NCBI GenBank assembly: GCA_000934665.2
Contig: KZ538229.1
Span: forward strand, 1 to 64,000
Origin: Catajapyx aquilonaris
Lineage: Eukaryota
Length of the DNA stretch: 64,000 nucleotides
Direction of reading: 5' to 3'
Shown here: one piece after another, positions 1-14,975 of the stretch
How the letters are laid out: each line of letters begins with the position of its first letter
How positions within the stretch are numbered: the stretch's first letter is position 1
Notes under the pieces: model-generated
Told to the model about the DNA's origin: nothing
The model's database searches: none
The model's input: only the letters and a program-made list of their open reading frames with translations
Position numbers and translations under genes: made by a program

Positions 1-1593
1 CTACACTGGCCTTATCACTTGCTGACAGCAAGTCCTTAAAATACTCTCCCCATCGCCCTTTTGCCTCTCCTCCATCCCACAGCATGTCACCCATCTTTAC
101 AATCTTTACAATGCAATTTAAATGGGAATAAATCCAATCAAGGCAATTTCTGACCGATGTCCATCGCATTGCCAGAGGCCTCTTGTGGGAATTAAAGTCC
201 TTCGCTGATTTACTGTACAGGTTGGGAAACGGCGCTTTCTTCAGTGAGTTTCAGCTCGGTGATTGATAATGGAAAGAAATGAGAAAAATCCTGGGGAAAA
301 TCGTTGCTAGTGCGGGAAAAGTCACGCCAACACGTAGTGGCGACTTGGCACATGAATCAAGCCAAATACCGTGGAGGTCCCAGCGAGGACGAAGATATAT
401 AACTACTTCTGAGGGGCACGGGCCATGGCCTTCGAAGTAGTTTATTCTTTGCTACATTTCAGAATGCTATATACAACAATCTGGCAAGCATTGTAGGCCC
501 AGTCGTAGTTTGGCACCTATTCAATAAACATACGGTATTAATTTCAGTTTGTCATTACAGGAAAATAACAGTCATTTAGTGTATGGTGTAATATTGACAC
601 AAAAGGGATGTACAGACTGTATGACGGAGTGATGCAGATTCATCTCTCTTGAATCATTACGATTTCATGTGTTTCTAAATGCATACTTCCAGTTTTAGCT
701 TCCATATAAATCATTTAGCGGACAGTTTCTGAAATTACATTGACACTCGGAGTGGAGTGTCATATGGCACAACTCTAAGAGCAATTGCAACACTGTTACA
801 CATGTTAAAACAAATTCATATGCCAGTGCATGTCGAATGTAATGATGTCAAAGACTCTTTTCGTCAACTTTAGCACCCACTGTACGTCTCGCCGGCAAAA
901 AAGTGAATTCACAATGAGCCTACCTTTGAAATGACGAACTATTCCCAACTGTAGTCCGAATGCAATGTTGTCCCATGCACTTTCCTCACATGTGGATAAG
1001 AAAACCAATAAGATGGAATCGACCATTCCAGGTAATATTTGGTTGGAATCAGGGCGATTCCTCGGACATGGCATCTATCGGACTGAAGGAATTGATTTCA
1101 GCGTGCCTTCCTCCGTTTGACATGTTTGGCCATCGATCCCAGGAATGGATGGGAAACAGGATTAGATTACTACAGGCTTTGCTACTTGCCAGAAAAGTGG
1201 ATGCCAAGAAGGCAGCAGCGAGCGTGGCTCGGGGAACTCGCGAATATGCGAGTTCCGCTTCCCTAACATCTATAGAAGCTGAATTTTAGCAAATAGCTAT
1301 CAGGTTAATATTACGGGAAGACGAGTCGTAACGAGACTGTTGTGATGGGAAAACTTGATCCTATTGTTATACGACGCATTTTTTTGTGCGACTCTTCTGC
1401 TCTTGCTCGTGCAACATGGGTAATGGGAAAGGTGAGCTCCATCTTGTCTCGTGTATGGCTTCCTTGGGAATTTCTAAGATGAACTTACTGCAGTTCGCTT
1501 CGTAACTGTAATTAACTTTCAATTTTAATGGTTTGCAACGTAATAACTGCACAAGTTACATACTTTGTGGCAAACATTGCTACAGTATACGTA

Positions 1594-1885
1594 CTCTCTA
1601 AAAAAATGAGAGTTAAATTAACTCTTTTAAACCTTGAAAGTGGTCATTACCAAAAATGAGTTATAATAACTCTTTGCTGGAGTTAAAACAACTCTTTTAG
1701 TTCATTTCATCTTCCGAAAGAGTGAATTAATAACTCTTTTCGGAGGATGAAATGAACTAAAAGAGTTATTTTAACTCCAGCAAAGAGTTATTATAACTCA
1801 TTTTTGGTAATGACCACTTTCAAGGTTTAAAAGAGTTAATTTAACTCTTATTGAGTTTTTTTTAACTCTACTTTTTTTTAGAGAG
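1594..1885. mobile_element. Foldback MITE (non-autonomous DNA transposon), TA-flanked
   Basis: Termini CTCTCTAAAAAAA / TTTTTTTAGAGAG flanked by TA on both sides (1592-1593, 1886-1887). Inner arms of about 115 bp are near-perfect reverse complements around a centre near 1724-1732. Confidence 0.85.
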
Positions 1886-4230
1886 TAGGGGTCTAAGAAT
1901 TTTCATATTGTCTCTAGCTCTTTTGCTTGAAATTCTGCCAAAGCATCTCTGACGATATAATGAGTAATTACATTCTCAGTTTCAAATAATCCGTTTCGCA
2001 TGGTATTACGTTTTGAGCGAATAGTTTCCGCCTTGTGTTTCATCCTAATTTCTTACAAGAATTTCAAAGCTCAGACGAAACACAATACTTTGCTCCGATA
2101 TTGAAAATCTGATACATAAAATGCCTCCACTCTCGCAGGCTGAATATAACACTGATAAGATTCACTCTATTGGACGACAGCTTATTGTTGAACCTGCGTG
2201 GAAATATTGGAAATACTCGACATACTCCAACCCAATATCCCCCCTTTCTGTTCAATATGACTACACTTTTACACGGAATACCTTTTACCATCAGACATAC
2301 CCAAAAATGCATAAAGTATTGACGACGATCCTGTACACGCGAGTACAGAGACCGCCCCTGTCACTTAGATATCGCGATAGTGATGGTAATCGGAAGAGAT
2401 GGGCCGGAAATCTCTTTTGCGGCGAGAAGAGTGTCCTTGGCCAGGACAGGCATACAGTATTAAATACTTGCTATATTCACCCCGCTGCGCACGATTTATT
2501 CAAGCCCGTCAGTCCGCACCGGCTTAATGTAGAATTAAAGCTCTTTTCTGGAATGGAGGTTACCATTTCTCTTGCTATGTCACGTACTTTGGGGCGCACG
2601 TCTGGAACTTTTCGATTACTCTGTGTCAATCTCTCATTCGCCTGTGAAAATGCATAGTAATGGGGGTGGCCTATTGGAAGTCATCATGCCAGAACTTTTT
2701 AGGCTTTGGCGACAGGCGTGAAGTTAATGGAAATATTTTTTTGGTATGGGTACTTTCATGGCTTCCCACAAAAGCGAAAATTGCTTATAATGGGGTGAAT
2801 TAATAAAGGGAACGAGTTTGGTCGAAATTGAGTTAACCACGGTTCATGATGCTATAGCAGTCAATATCGCTTAGAAGTCGTTTGAAAAAAAATGCTCAAT
2901 TCGATAAAACCGTCCCTAGTTGGTCAGGTTTCCATACAAATATTTTTGCAACCGGTTGGCTTCCGCTGATAAACTTGACAATAATTCAAATTACTGCGTC
3001 CCTGCTTTTTCAATGGCCTAACTTTTTGGCTGGTACGCACCAGTTGGCGGGTACAATAGTTGACAGATACGGTGTACCTTCTGGCATAAAGTTGGGACCG
3101 GAAGTAGCCGATATGATGCAGAGTGGTATAGAATAATTCCAGCAACTGCAGCATGTGATGCAGAAGAGCGAACTTTGCACTTTCAAGCCCAGTCCAATGC
3201 AACATTGCATAGCCCGCCTTTGCAACAACCCTACACCAGTCCTCTCGCGCTTAATTAGTGTCAATTATCAGGGCCATTCCTGCCACGGAACCGACAGCCG
3301 CTAATTGACCATTTGGAGACCGGGGACTTTTGGCGCACCCTACTCAAGTCCTGTTCATTCAGACGGAGCAGTATAATTCAAATCATTCTCTTTGCTGGAA
3401 ATAATTGCTGGAGTGATCTTTAATCAGCTGGGTGTGGCCGTTGGAGAATTAAGGAAGCATTGTCTTGTGGGTGGGCAAACTAAAGTTAACTCTAATGCGA
3501 ACTTGCTCGTGTACATACATGTATGCTGGGTAAGTGTACTGTACTATAGTCCTATTCAAATATTAGCTGGAATTAACCACAGCCTGCCTGTTTGCCATGG
3601 CAACGTAGGCAGATCCTATCCACATATAGGGCAGGTCGGTTAGGGATGTGAGATATTTCGATATATCAAACATGCGTTTATCGCCACTTGGCCCATTGTT
3701 TTAAGCGTTTAAATTTAATGTCACATTTAATAAAATCCATAATTATAAATCTGAATACTTTTCCCTGGATTTCGATATGCGGTATCGAATGCTCAATATC
3801 GATATGCCGCAGAGTGGTGTAACTGAAATACAGCAGGAACTTGTTGGTGAAATAATTTTGCAATATTTATGATGTTGAGGCGTGAAGTTGAGGGAATTTT
3901 CTGCGCATACATTGAGAGTCTGGAAGAGTCCGGAACTTTGCAGTTCTTGGTAGTTTGCAAGTATACTGGCTTCTGAAAAGTCATTTTTGCCTATAGGATG
4001 GAAGCGATGGGTCTTAAGGCAATGCTAATGGGCGAGGCAATTTTAGTTAGAATGATGCAAATTGGGCCTCTGGGATAATATCGGCGGACCAGATTTTGAG
4101 TAACTGCACTAAGCTCCAGTTTTAACCTGCAATTTGTCATTTCAAGCTCCAAAACGGAATATTTTAATGCGATTACGTTGAAAAATTGCAATTTCATTAC
4201 GTCCATGAATAATACTGCATCGTACACTGA

Positions 4231-4357
4231 TGTCCGATTGCACCAACCGAAATTACCGATTCGATAGCTCCTAATAGATCGTTAGGAGCTCTTTTAACGT
4301 GTGCTAACGATCTGTTAGGAGCTATCGAATCGGTAATTTCGTTGGTGCAATCGGGCA
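4231..4357. mobile_element. Small palindromic MITE, PIF/Harbinger-like termini
   Basis: TGTCCGATTGCACCAAC...GTTGGTGCAATCGGGCA; arms of about 55 bp and an 18-nt spacer; flanks TGA/CGA resemble a degenerate 3-bp TSD. Confidence 0.7.
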
Positions 4358-7300
4358 CGAGAGCATTAAAATGGATTCACAAGAACTATTAAAGTGTAAA
4401 AACTCACAACTAATCGTATACCGTATACGTACAATGCTACGTTTCGTACATGAAATTTTTATGCGGCTTCTGCACTATTTAGGAAAGAACACCGTTATAC
4501 CGTTCGTGTAGAGTAGTGCGGTTTTTTGTGCATTTTGATTAGGTTTCTAAAGTACGAAATTATTTATGGAGGGCACGGTTCGCTGGTGTAATTATCCCAA
4601 CATCAAAATTATACGGTATTGAGAACATATCAGTATTGTTCCTACATAATTAATAAGTGACACCCCTATTATCATCCGAATATTATGCAGTACAGTGCGG
4701 ACAAATTATAGTAATATTTCTCCAATCCTTGATCGTGCCATAATAATTCCGCCCCTTGCACGCGCTTTATGATGAATGGAATCCGAGTGTCCTCAACATT
4801 TGCGCCTGAATTAACTCGATTAGTCGCATCGACATTGATAGCCCTATATTGCTGCAGGAGTAATTCTCATCATGGCGAAATTAGGGCTGATTGCAATCAT
4901 TCGGCGAAAAATGACCTTTCTTTTATTATGTAAATTAGAGTTACACGATTCGCAGAATAGGTATCCTTTGATCTACCAGCTGTGAGTAACGCACTGCTTT
5001 GTCTGCCTACTCAGTAAAATTCAGGTCAAACTTCCCATTGACACACGAGCAAAAGGGCCACTTCGACAGCCCTAATTATTATCACGAGTTGTGTGTGAGA
5101 ACTAGCTGTTGTAAATATGCACGGTTTTAGATCGATTTTAGTCGTATTTACCGCTGGTGTGCTTTTCTTGCATAATGGGTCCTACGTGGGAATGAAATCA
5201 CCTGCGACACTGTATAAACCGCACTCCCTGTATTTTGTGCCATGGCAGCTCTGAAAGAACTTTGGGGGAAAAAAAAACATCGGGCGAATGCGTTTTGTGA
5301 ATACCCATTTGGGTGTAATTAAGCTGAGTAGCGTGCAAGCGCTTAAACTTATAATTAATTGTTAATTTGAGTTGAATTAGGTATTCTCAACCGCAGTTGA
5401 CGGATTTACTGCGCGCTATTTTACGCTAGTATTTTGTATAGACTCTGTATACAAAAGAAGGTCAACCGACCTAGCTTCCGGATGATGGCAGGAAGTACAT
5501 TTTGCTGTGGCGAGATGATGGTGTCGTCTGTTCTGTCAGTCTGCGGTATCGTCGTCTGCGTGGAGCCAACTGCTGGTTGAGTGGGCAACCCCTGCTGTCG
5601 TACTCCATTGTGGTCCAGCCAAGAGGGTCGCTGGTGCCCGAATGGGATGGTCTCCTCCTCCCCGTCCACCCTCAGGGTTGCGCCTGCCTTCCAACACTGC
5701 AATCATCAAGAAGTACATCATCGAAAAATGGGCACATAATCAGAAAGTTTGGTGACCTGGAACTCTCCTGGGACAAACAACTTATTAACCCTCAGTGCTG
5801 GTTGGTTTACTTCGTAAGGAGCAGCATTAGCTGAGCAAGAAACGACAACATGTACAGTGTTCATTATTGTCTGATCGTATAAAGAATTGCCTTTCTAAGA
5901 GTGGTTGTTTTCGTAGGCGATATGGGTCGGCGGCAGTGCGATAATTGCGGTGCAGTGTTATACAGTTCGATATTGATTTGGTAATTCCTTTTCAGAGGAC
6001 CGGGTGTCGTGGATGAACTCGACAAGGTCGTAATTACCATAAGCCCGCCATATCGCTTCGGGGGCTACTTGATAATGAGCGAATCTAAGAAGCGCCAAGC
6101 TGGGGAACGGAGTAGAGCCGTTTCATCTTCCATAGAATGGGTACTATAAATTTCTCGCGGTTGGCCATACTTTAAAAGGTGAAAGAAGAAGGGGAAAAAA
6201 TTCTTATACACGAGGCCGCCAATTTATTTCGCCGCAAATTGACGTCTAGACATGCTTTGGAAGGAAAATGATGGTATCTGTGATCCTTAGGGAAGCAGCA
6301 TGTGCCGTGTTCAGGGCTTATTACTGGATAATGAGATCGATCCCTGGGATTCCGTATTCTGCAGCTGAATATTTCTGTGTTCAACCCTGCTTATGAATCA
6401 CTGCATTTGAAATTATTTCTAAATCTCCTGTTGATACTCTAAGTGTGATTTATCTCGATAAGATTATTGCTGGTGTATTGAAAGCTGCATTATGTATAGA
6501 CGTGTTTGCTCAGAAATAATTTTCCATCTTCTCTTCACCTTGAACCACGGTCTAAGAAGCCTTGAACTATAGTAAGCATTTTTCCGTATAATAAATCCCA
6601 GCGGGTCTCTTCTACAAGCTTGATTGCACTGCACTTCCTCCGCAGGCCTCTCAAGGTAGGAGCTGAGCTTCTCAATTGATGGTGGCAGCCAAAACCTAAG
6701 GCCCCGGAAGCCTCCCCTAAGTCCGACATATGCCAGGATTTCTCAGCCTTTCGTGTTGAAGGCTGGTCTCGGACCATGTTGTCTTCACTTGTAATCCTAC
6801 AGTATTTGCTCGGCCACCGCAGTGGTCAATTACACAGATGCATATAGAGCCTGCGTTGCAGAGGACAGTAGCAGTCCTCTGGAGCATGACTTGTAACTGA
6901 CAAGTGAGTGGCTCTCCTGGAGTTCTACATACACTAGACTCCCGCATATGAAATGCACTTCAACATCAAAAACCGCCGGAATTCAGAGCAGGCCTGATTG
7001 ATCCTTATAATGCAGATGTAGTCAAAAGCCAAAAATAGACCTGGATTTTTTTTTTGTTGAAAAGTTGAAGGTGTAAGAGGCTATTAAATGGTCCATTGGA
7101 AGTTTCTCTCCACCTGTTTTGCAATCACGTAATAACCGAGAGGCGCAGAAAGTTGAGCACTATCCGTGGGGCTTATGGAGTCGTTGGGGCAGATGATGGA
7201 CGGAGAGAACGTTTAATGACACTGGGGGCTCCTGCATAATACAACCCATGGGAGGAAAAGCACCGCAGCATTATTTGTGAACGGGATAGATAGATAGAGA

Positions 7301-9609
7301 GGGAGAGAGGGAGAGAGAAATAGGAAGGTTCCAATAAAAAGCCCTTGTGATTTCAACTTTCTGCCCATGAAGGATTTATACACCGTTGCGGGTCAAGGAT
7401 AATTACAAATTACATGCTAAGCTTGGTTTAGCTCAAACATGGAGAATAGTTGAGCTCCGAGAGTTGGGTAATGGAAGCAGTTGTGGGCTGGAACTTGGAT
7501 CAGTGGTGTTAGGAGGCGGCCTTGTGGAATTTATAACGGAATGAAATTGTCCAAAAGCATTTGCAATAATTGTTAACTCTGCGAAGGGGCTTAACACGTA
7601 TGTTCAACTTCTGTGGCGTAGAGATTGCATAAAAGACCCCACTGAATATTAGTGTAAGAGTTTTCAGTATGAAATGCCTTTGGGAAGAAACTCAACTATG
7701 CAAATCTTTGTGAACTACGCACTATACCGGTATACATAACATACGACTATTTGTATGGGGTAAAATATCAAGCATTTATGAGACGTTTGGCTAGTTCAAA
7801 ACAAGTTGCCAGCTGCAGAATTATATATGAAAGTACTACATATTTTAATAAACTAATAAAGTATTAAAATCCATTCGCGTATTCTGTTTTGACAATAGCA
7901 TAAAGCTTTTGGGCCACCGCTAACTCAACATTTACGATCCAAGTTATGCTTATGAAGGATTATTTCATCAATAATGTCTTACTCCAATGCCCATACCGGC
8001 CTTGGTCTTTGAATGTACTCAACCGTAAAAAAGAAAACCCTTCGTGCACAGCATGCCATTACAATTGCAGCGGAAAGCTGTTTAACCTTATTAATATAGA
8101 ACTATAGCAATATGACAATATTACGCCAGAACTGCCATACCTTACTGAATCAACTGTTACAGTAGCAGAATAATTATATGTTCATAATACTTCCATTAGT
8201 TTTCAGGGAACACGAGGCTTTTGAATTTATACACTACCCTCGGCGCGGCGGTGAGGTAAAGGCGGTGGAATGTTTCTTGCATTCAAGGAATATATCATAC
8301 TCATGCAGCGCAATGCGTATGTAGAGTATGTTTTTCTCGCTTTAGAAGTTCATTTTGCGCTGAAAATTAACAGCGAGTCTGCACAAACGCACACGGTTTA
8401 AAACGGACCAACTGAAGCAAGAGCCTAATTATACCGCACTATGCTGCATGTTTTCATTACAAAGGATTCAGATCCCCCAAAAATGCGTTGAATCCTTGAG
8501 GTATTGTGGAAAATATCATTAAAATGTTTATACATCCCGCTGTTTTTATTTTACAACAGCACAAACTTCAATGCCATTAATAATAATGTATGTTCGTGCT
8601 TTAACCCCTCGGGGGTTTTCCGCCTTTTTTTTTGCACTATTATAGAATCCGTCGTCCTGCCGACTTTAAATCCTTCGCTTTATTAGGAGACATATGACGT
8701 CGTGACAAATAAAAAATATTTTAAGGTGTACGACGTAGATATTCATGAATATTGAAACTGCCCGCGTTTTATATTACGATAGAAGTGGGGCCTTTTTTTT
8801 GCATATTAAAATTCGGTACGCCGATCATACTACCAAATTGGCCCCCGGCTAGCATGGGCTTAATATCAGCAGGATCCTGTTCATTATCAATAATGGTATT
8901 TATTCACAACCTCATGCCTGGCTATACTCTGCAGTAAATTAGGTTTTGTTGCATGCTTTGTTTTTTTATCCCCGTTAATTGCAACCGGGTCAGCAAAGCA
9001 CATACCGCTATTAAAATGCAATTCCTTTGCCTATGACAGCAAAAAAAAAATGTTATGGCGTTGTAAGCACCGGGAGATGAAATGCATTTCTGCGTGCTCG
9101 AAACCGCAGTCAACATTTTTTTTCCAGAAATAATTCCAATGGATTGTGCATCATGTGAGCAGCATGCCTTTCCATTATAAACAATGGATTAATCGGCATT
9201 AACTAGTCCCTGGCAATTGATTTCCCTTGTTGTTTCCACGCATGATTTGCCGTACACATCGACCCACAGCAGGTATCGCACTTGGAAAAGGTCGTTGCCA
9301 TAATTACCGTGGGGTCTCCCCAGCAGCATGCGGAACCCTGTATAATCGGATTGGGCAGAATGCTAATACCAAGTGACGAATACATAGGCCCAATTGAATC
9401 CCCACGAGGTCCGATCTCTCTGCGAGCTGGCAAACGCAATTCATTACAACACGACGTTGATGCTATCAGAGGGGGTTGGGTGCCGCGGAACATTTTATGC
9501 GGGATAAAATTACGTTTCACGCTGTTTCATTACGCGGGACGCCGTCTCATTTGTAAGGAGTGCGCGAGGTTGACATGTGCATCTATCACGGTTCCTGAAG
9601 GGGGTTTAG

Positions 9610-9728
9610 CAAGATTTTTGTCGGAGAACGGGTTTCGCTGAAGAGAACGCGGAGGTAAAGCATCGAAACTATTTTCACAAACCGGGAATCGAACTCAGGA
9701 TCTCAGAGGTGGAAGCGCTGTTACACCA
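9610..9728 (-). mobile_element. Degenerate tRNA-derived SINE remnant
   Basis: Minus strand TGGTGTAACAGCGCTTCCACCTCTGAGATCCTGAGTTCGATTCCCGG (B box), followed by a decayed core; no TSD seen. Confidence 0.45.
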
Positions 9729-10513
9729 TTTTGTAATTAACAGTTATTAATATGATCCAGCAGATGACGTCCCAAAAATTGGGGACTACTGTTTGCAAGA
9801 AATAATTCAAAAAGTTGTACTTGTGACTTTTTATTTCCAAATACGCCATTTGGTTTTTCTGGGGTTTTTCTGATGTACTATGAAAGGCTATAGCTAGTTT
9901 GTCGTAACTTCTGGAATATTTTTGGGAGAAAAATGCCAATGCGATATACAATATGTGTTCACTGAACTGTTGACGTGATTATCATTTGGTCTATCCAGAT
10001 GCAACAGAAAAGTTGCGACTGGTAGTTGGGTCAAATGGGGACACTTTTTCTATGGTCATGCTGTTGAAGGGTGGACATGGTGTGTTGGGCCAGTGCCAAT
10101 ATGCAACTGCTTCAAATCAGGTTCGTCATATTAAGCTTATACCTCTACTCGTCTCTTCTAAATAATATCTTAGTTACATTTAACACGCACTCCACTTGAA
10201 ATAGCACCCATTGCCTTTGTATGTTCATCTCGTAATATTATTATCACGCAGATCGCAGTTATTTTTTACCTTCGATTTGAATTGGGCGTCCGGAGTAGTG
10301 GCTGGTGGCGAGGGGGCTTGATTTGGTGCAGTACCGTATTGCATAATGTAATATTTAAATTTAATATTCAGTGTCTGTCATCTGAGATGGGCAGGTGTGG
10401 AGGGTGGGACGGGTTGTTTATAGGTTTATTTTCACAAGTTTTAATTTAGTTCATATGTTGGGTTAGCTTGCGTCTCCCTTCATCGCTGACTACCCCTCAT
10501 AGGGAAATGTCGT

Positions 10514-10533
10514 GATGTTGTTGTTGTTGTTGT

Positions 10534-10591
<58 letters not shown>
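10514..10591. repeat. Compound microsatellite (GTT)n(GAT)n
   Basis: Directly visible trinucleotide runs. Confidence 0.95.
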
Positions 10592-10593
<2 letters not shown>

Positions 10594-12348
10594 GAATAAA
10601 TATTTTGCTCAAATAGATCGCGGAATAATATTATTGTTCCAAGGTTTAGTTGATCGAGTTAATTCCGAGATTATTTATGTTGAAAATCCCTTTTCTCGAT
10701 TCGTTCATTAAATAAATTTATTCAACTTTCCCGAGAAGTTCCCTTAGTTAGCTCTGATTTCTTATTTGAAAAGTATTTATGCCCTAGTGTTCAATAGACA
10801 CGGTATATGTTTGCTGCGTTTTCGATATAATTTGGATGATTAGGTTAAATGTTTCATTTATTATTCTGTCATTTTTTACTAGTTTATACATAATTGTAGT
10901 ACCTATACCGTATAATTTTCGGTTTACAGTATAATCAAATTTTGGTATACAGTATAATCAAATTATCACGTTATTATTGTAATAAAACCGTAAGTTATAT
11001 GGAAAAATACTGTAGAAGGCAGATATGCAATCAGATCCCTCAGGTTAGGTTATGTCGCCCATCAAACCTCATGTTGGGAAATCATTGAAAGGTAATTGAA
11101 GGCCTTTGCATTGTCAGAAGTTTACTGCTCGGGCGTCGACAGTGCTGGCGTCAGAGATCAGTTAAGCAGCCCTGTGGATATGCAAAGGACGGCTGACCCT
11201 CACCCAGTTACGTGTGCGCACTGTTTTGATAGCTTGTTAATGCTGGCCTAAATTAATGTGCATGCAGGCGATGCGGTCCGCTTATACAGTATTATATTTG
11301 CTCCTACTTTGTCATTATGCAGTTTAATAATTGGTATATGGCGGCATTTAAGAGCTGGCAGTACGCGTCATGTCAACTCTACAATATTTCCAGCGAAATA
11401 TGCGTCAATAATGATAATTACTTTACTGTGGATCTGTGTTAAAGAGTGGGTTTTTGGTCATAGTGTGAGACGGAAATAGGTATCTGGGCTGAGGGAATGA
11501 ATCGGGGCAATCGGTGGGGGCCAAGAAATTGCGGGATTACAGTCGGGTTTGGGCCGAAGGATATTGCTTGGCTTAATGGTGAGCCTTCGCGTCTCTCTTG
11601 CACTGACTCGCAGATCCAGTTTGATGGCATTACGTCGCCAAATGCCCCCCATGCAGAGGAACTACTAATCTTGATTCAACCTATACCGGTGCAGCTTGCT
11701 GACGAATCAAGGCTGATGCTCGCACCTAAATATTGCGTTGTGGTTGTATGGGGAAAAAAATTAGGGAAAATCTTGGATTGCGAAACGGTCCCACAATCAG
11801 ACATCATCATTTTGTCTTTTGCTTTCTTAAGAACTTAGCTACCCAATATTAGCTGCGTAGGAAATGTTCCGCTGTTATTTTGGGGTGTGGCATTAGGTCA
11901 TATTCTCGGCAATATTTCCTCCCATTTTTATGTGCAATAAAACAGGACCACAAACATTGGTGTCGTTTTTATGCGAAAACCTAGTGGAGCTCTAAGCGAA
12001 GAATAACAAAGAAATCAAAGGGCGAAAAATAACGGCCAATGTGGCACCGCTCACCTAGTGCCGTTCATCATCTATATGGCACGTGAAAATACTTCGTAAC
12101 GAGAAAAATTATATAACAAATAAAAGCAATAGCGACGGTAAGCAGATATCAGCGGTTTTCTGAACACTTCGATAAATTGTTTATTTTGACATATGGTTAT
12201 TGAGAATTTACCGATTTGTCCCACAGGCTACTTGGAAACAAGCCAGTTTATGCGAGATTTTACACACCTTCCGGCCTATACGAGACACATTATATTCGTA
12301 TTAGCTATTTTTGTATGCATCTCATGTTTGTAAAATCAACTGACAGTT

Positions 12349-12679
12349 GGGAGATGAAGTGGCGCCGCGGTAACGCGCGCGCCCACGGATATGAAGGTCC
12401 CGGGTTCAATCTCCACCCGGGGTTCCCACCTTTATCCGTGCAGAGTTGGGCCATCTCTGGCTTCATTTCGGGCGGAAATTTCCTAAAGACTAATCCACCC
12501 GGGGGAGTTCACAAAATGACCACTCAACGACAGTGCACATGCATTTCGCACATCCCCTCCTACCTACCCTTGGAGTAACTAATAAGATCTTCTTAACTCG
12601 CTCCAATAAATCCCAATGGTGGTAATCCACCCCCCCCCCCCTATAAACCCAACAGGTCACCACGGGGTAATATTTTTTT
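12349..12679 (+). mobile_element. Full-length tRNA-derived SINE (family 2) with 16-bp TSD
   Basis: Head has A-box-like TGGCGCCGCGG and B-box-like GGTTCAATCTCC. Flanked by the direct repeat AAATCAACTGACAGTT at 12333-12348 and 12680-12695. Confidence 0.82.
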
Positions 12680-14967
12680 AAATCAACTGACAGTTAACAT
12701 AATAATTGTTATGCATTTTTCTTTGCTTTTGTAACCTTTGCTCTCAAAATTATACTGCAGCTTTGTCGGCTATAAATAGTTGAACTTATCGATCAAATAC
12801 AGGTGATAGTTGCTGCATGTTCTTTATTTTAAACTCATTTAATGCTCTCAATGCTCTTTAATCATTGATAATATATACATATGCTCCCACTTTAATCCGG
12901 AAATGTCGCACCAGACGAATTAAAATTATTCAATGTGTACTGTTCGCTATTAGATCTGGACTATTGCTATTTATTGACGTGCTGGCCGTTTGATGTGCAA
13001 CTGCTGCGATGTTTGTTGGGCAGTGGTTAAACTGACAAACTGCAATTTCAGTGTCACGCTGCGAGTTGCTGACCGCACACGTTCTCCGCCTGAAAACCGA
13101 AATAGCCAATCTTTCACGCCACCAACCAGAGATGTACACGTGCAAAAGTGTCCGCCACACACCAATGTCGCATTTAAATTATTCGCACATCAAGAGCTTA
13201 TGGACGTGACAGCTTGACGATTCTGCTTGCTGTCACCAGGAGATAAAAGGCTCTGCATTTTATGCGCTTTAATGTCGAGTAGTTCATATTGACGTTCATT
13301 TTCGAGAAGGCACTATAGGCATGTGGACGGTTGTCACAAAGAGTTATTTCCATTGTGACAACCTAGTTCGCAGCTGGCTAGACAAACAGAAGTTTTGGGA
13401 GCAATGTGAAATCAAACAGCGGAATTGAACTTCCGTTACCGTTTGAAATACGGTGTATTTACCGACTTGGAATCAGTCGAGCAAGGAGATGGCTGAGCGT
13501 TAATTATTCGTAGAAACTTGCAGAAGGTTCAACTCACTTAATCGATGAGTGTGCGAACTGCAGAAATAGCACATTCCAGTATGACTCTGATCGTTCTCAA
13601 TTTCGTTTTTATTTGTGTAATTTTGAATGTAGGCCGTGCAATAATAATAAATATTGGGAAGCGCTTACCGTTGTTAATTTAACAGCCACCGGGTTCCGAT
13701 TTGGCAGCGGTATGTTATGATAACATTAGTTAGGTCATCAAATCCAGGGAATTGTAACGGATGGGACTGACGAAACGTCAACTGATTATGCATCATGATG
13801 AGAGGATTGCGGTGGGAAGAATTAAAACGCGATCCTGTTTAGTACTACAAAGTGCCAATCCTCTCAATTGCAGAGGCCACGTTTTCCAGCCCGAAATGTA
13901 TTGTAATGTGTCACTGCGGCATTACCCCCCAAGCCCCACCGGTACATGCAGACTTTAGGGAAAAATTTACAATTTATTTGCACTTATAATAGCAGATGCG
14001 AATGCACGAGCGGTCTCTATACACGCTGGAAGCGAGTGATGCTTGTTTACTCGTAATGATGAAAATTGCATAAACAGACCATGTCCATGCGGCCAGCATC
14101 CACTAATTTCATGGCTTTTTGGAATGCTCGCATTCATTTGTCATCATTGCTACAGTAGTGTCATCTGCATTTCACACGAAATATTTTTTTGCTTTATCAG
14201 CTTGTACTGTACAGGTATTCACAATACCGTGCAAAAAAATTCGCCTTTTCCCCCGCAACTTGAGTGATCGATAAACATGGCCGGATGATGATTCAAGAAT
14301 TCCGCTTGAAAATTGTAGGGCCGAGTGCTTTATTTTCGTGTCATGTGTGCCTGCAGTGCCTGCATCCACATGTAAACACCAAGGGAGGGAACTAGAACCA
14401 TCTCGTTTATCTTATCTGCGGATTTACACAGCCAGCCAGACATTTGGCAAGATAGGTTTGATCTCTTTTTTTTTCGCACCTATTACCGCGGGATGAAACA
14501 TGGCCCGTAGATAAGCCTGGTTTTTGGTGCAATGCTGTCCCTAGAGCCGCAATTATGACGTTTACAACGGAAGATTGCACACTAGTTCAATATTAACATT
14601 CTGGCCAGAGGAAGTATGAGTAATGAGACCTGTATGGACACAAATTAAGAGAAAATTTCTGGTTATAATTGGTGTGTTTCAATTGATCAGCTTACATATT
14701 GTTAATATTAGGTTTCTCTGTGGCACCAAAGACATTTCTGTTCAGCCGAACTTGTTTTTCCTTACGATATCCGATGAATGCAGATGGTATCTGAGGGCTT
14801 TTTTGAGGTGGCAGACGCTTCCTCGGGAGACTACAGTCGATTTACACAATTACCGGTGCTGCAGTCAGCCAGGATGTAATGCTGGAATTGGTGTTGAGCC
14901 AAGCGATACGATCGAAGACTGCAGAATTAGGGCGGAATTTAAAAGAAGGTGAAGAGGGGGGGGGGGG

Positions 14968-14975
14968 NNNNNNNN
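14968..14975. other. Assembly gap (8 N) within a poly-G run
   Basis: Ns flanked by G homopolymers. Confidence 0.98.

Noticed and set aside
5421..5834. GC-richer segment with overlapping ORFs and a minus-strand acceptor-like TTGCAG
   Set aside because: No recognisable domain and no partner exon; cannot be supported as CDS without BLASTX or RNA-seq.
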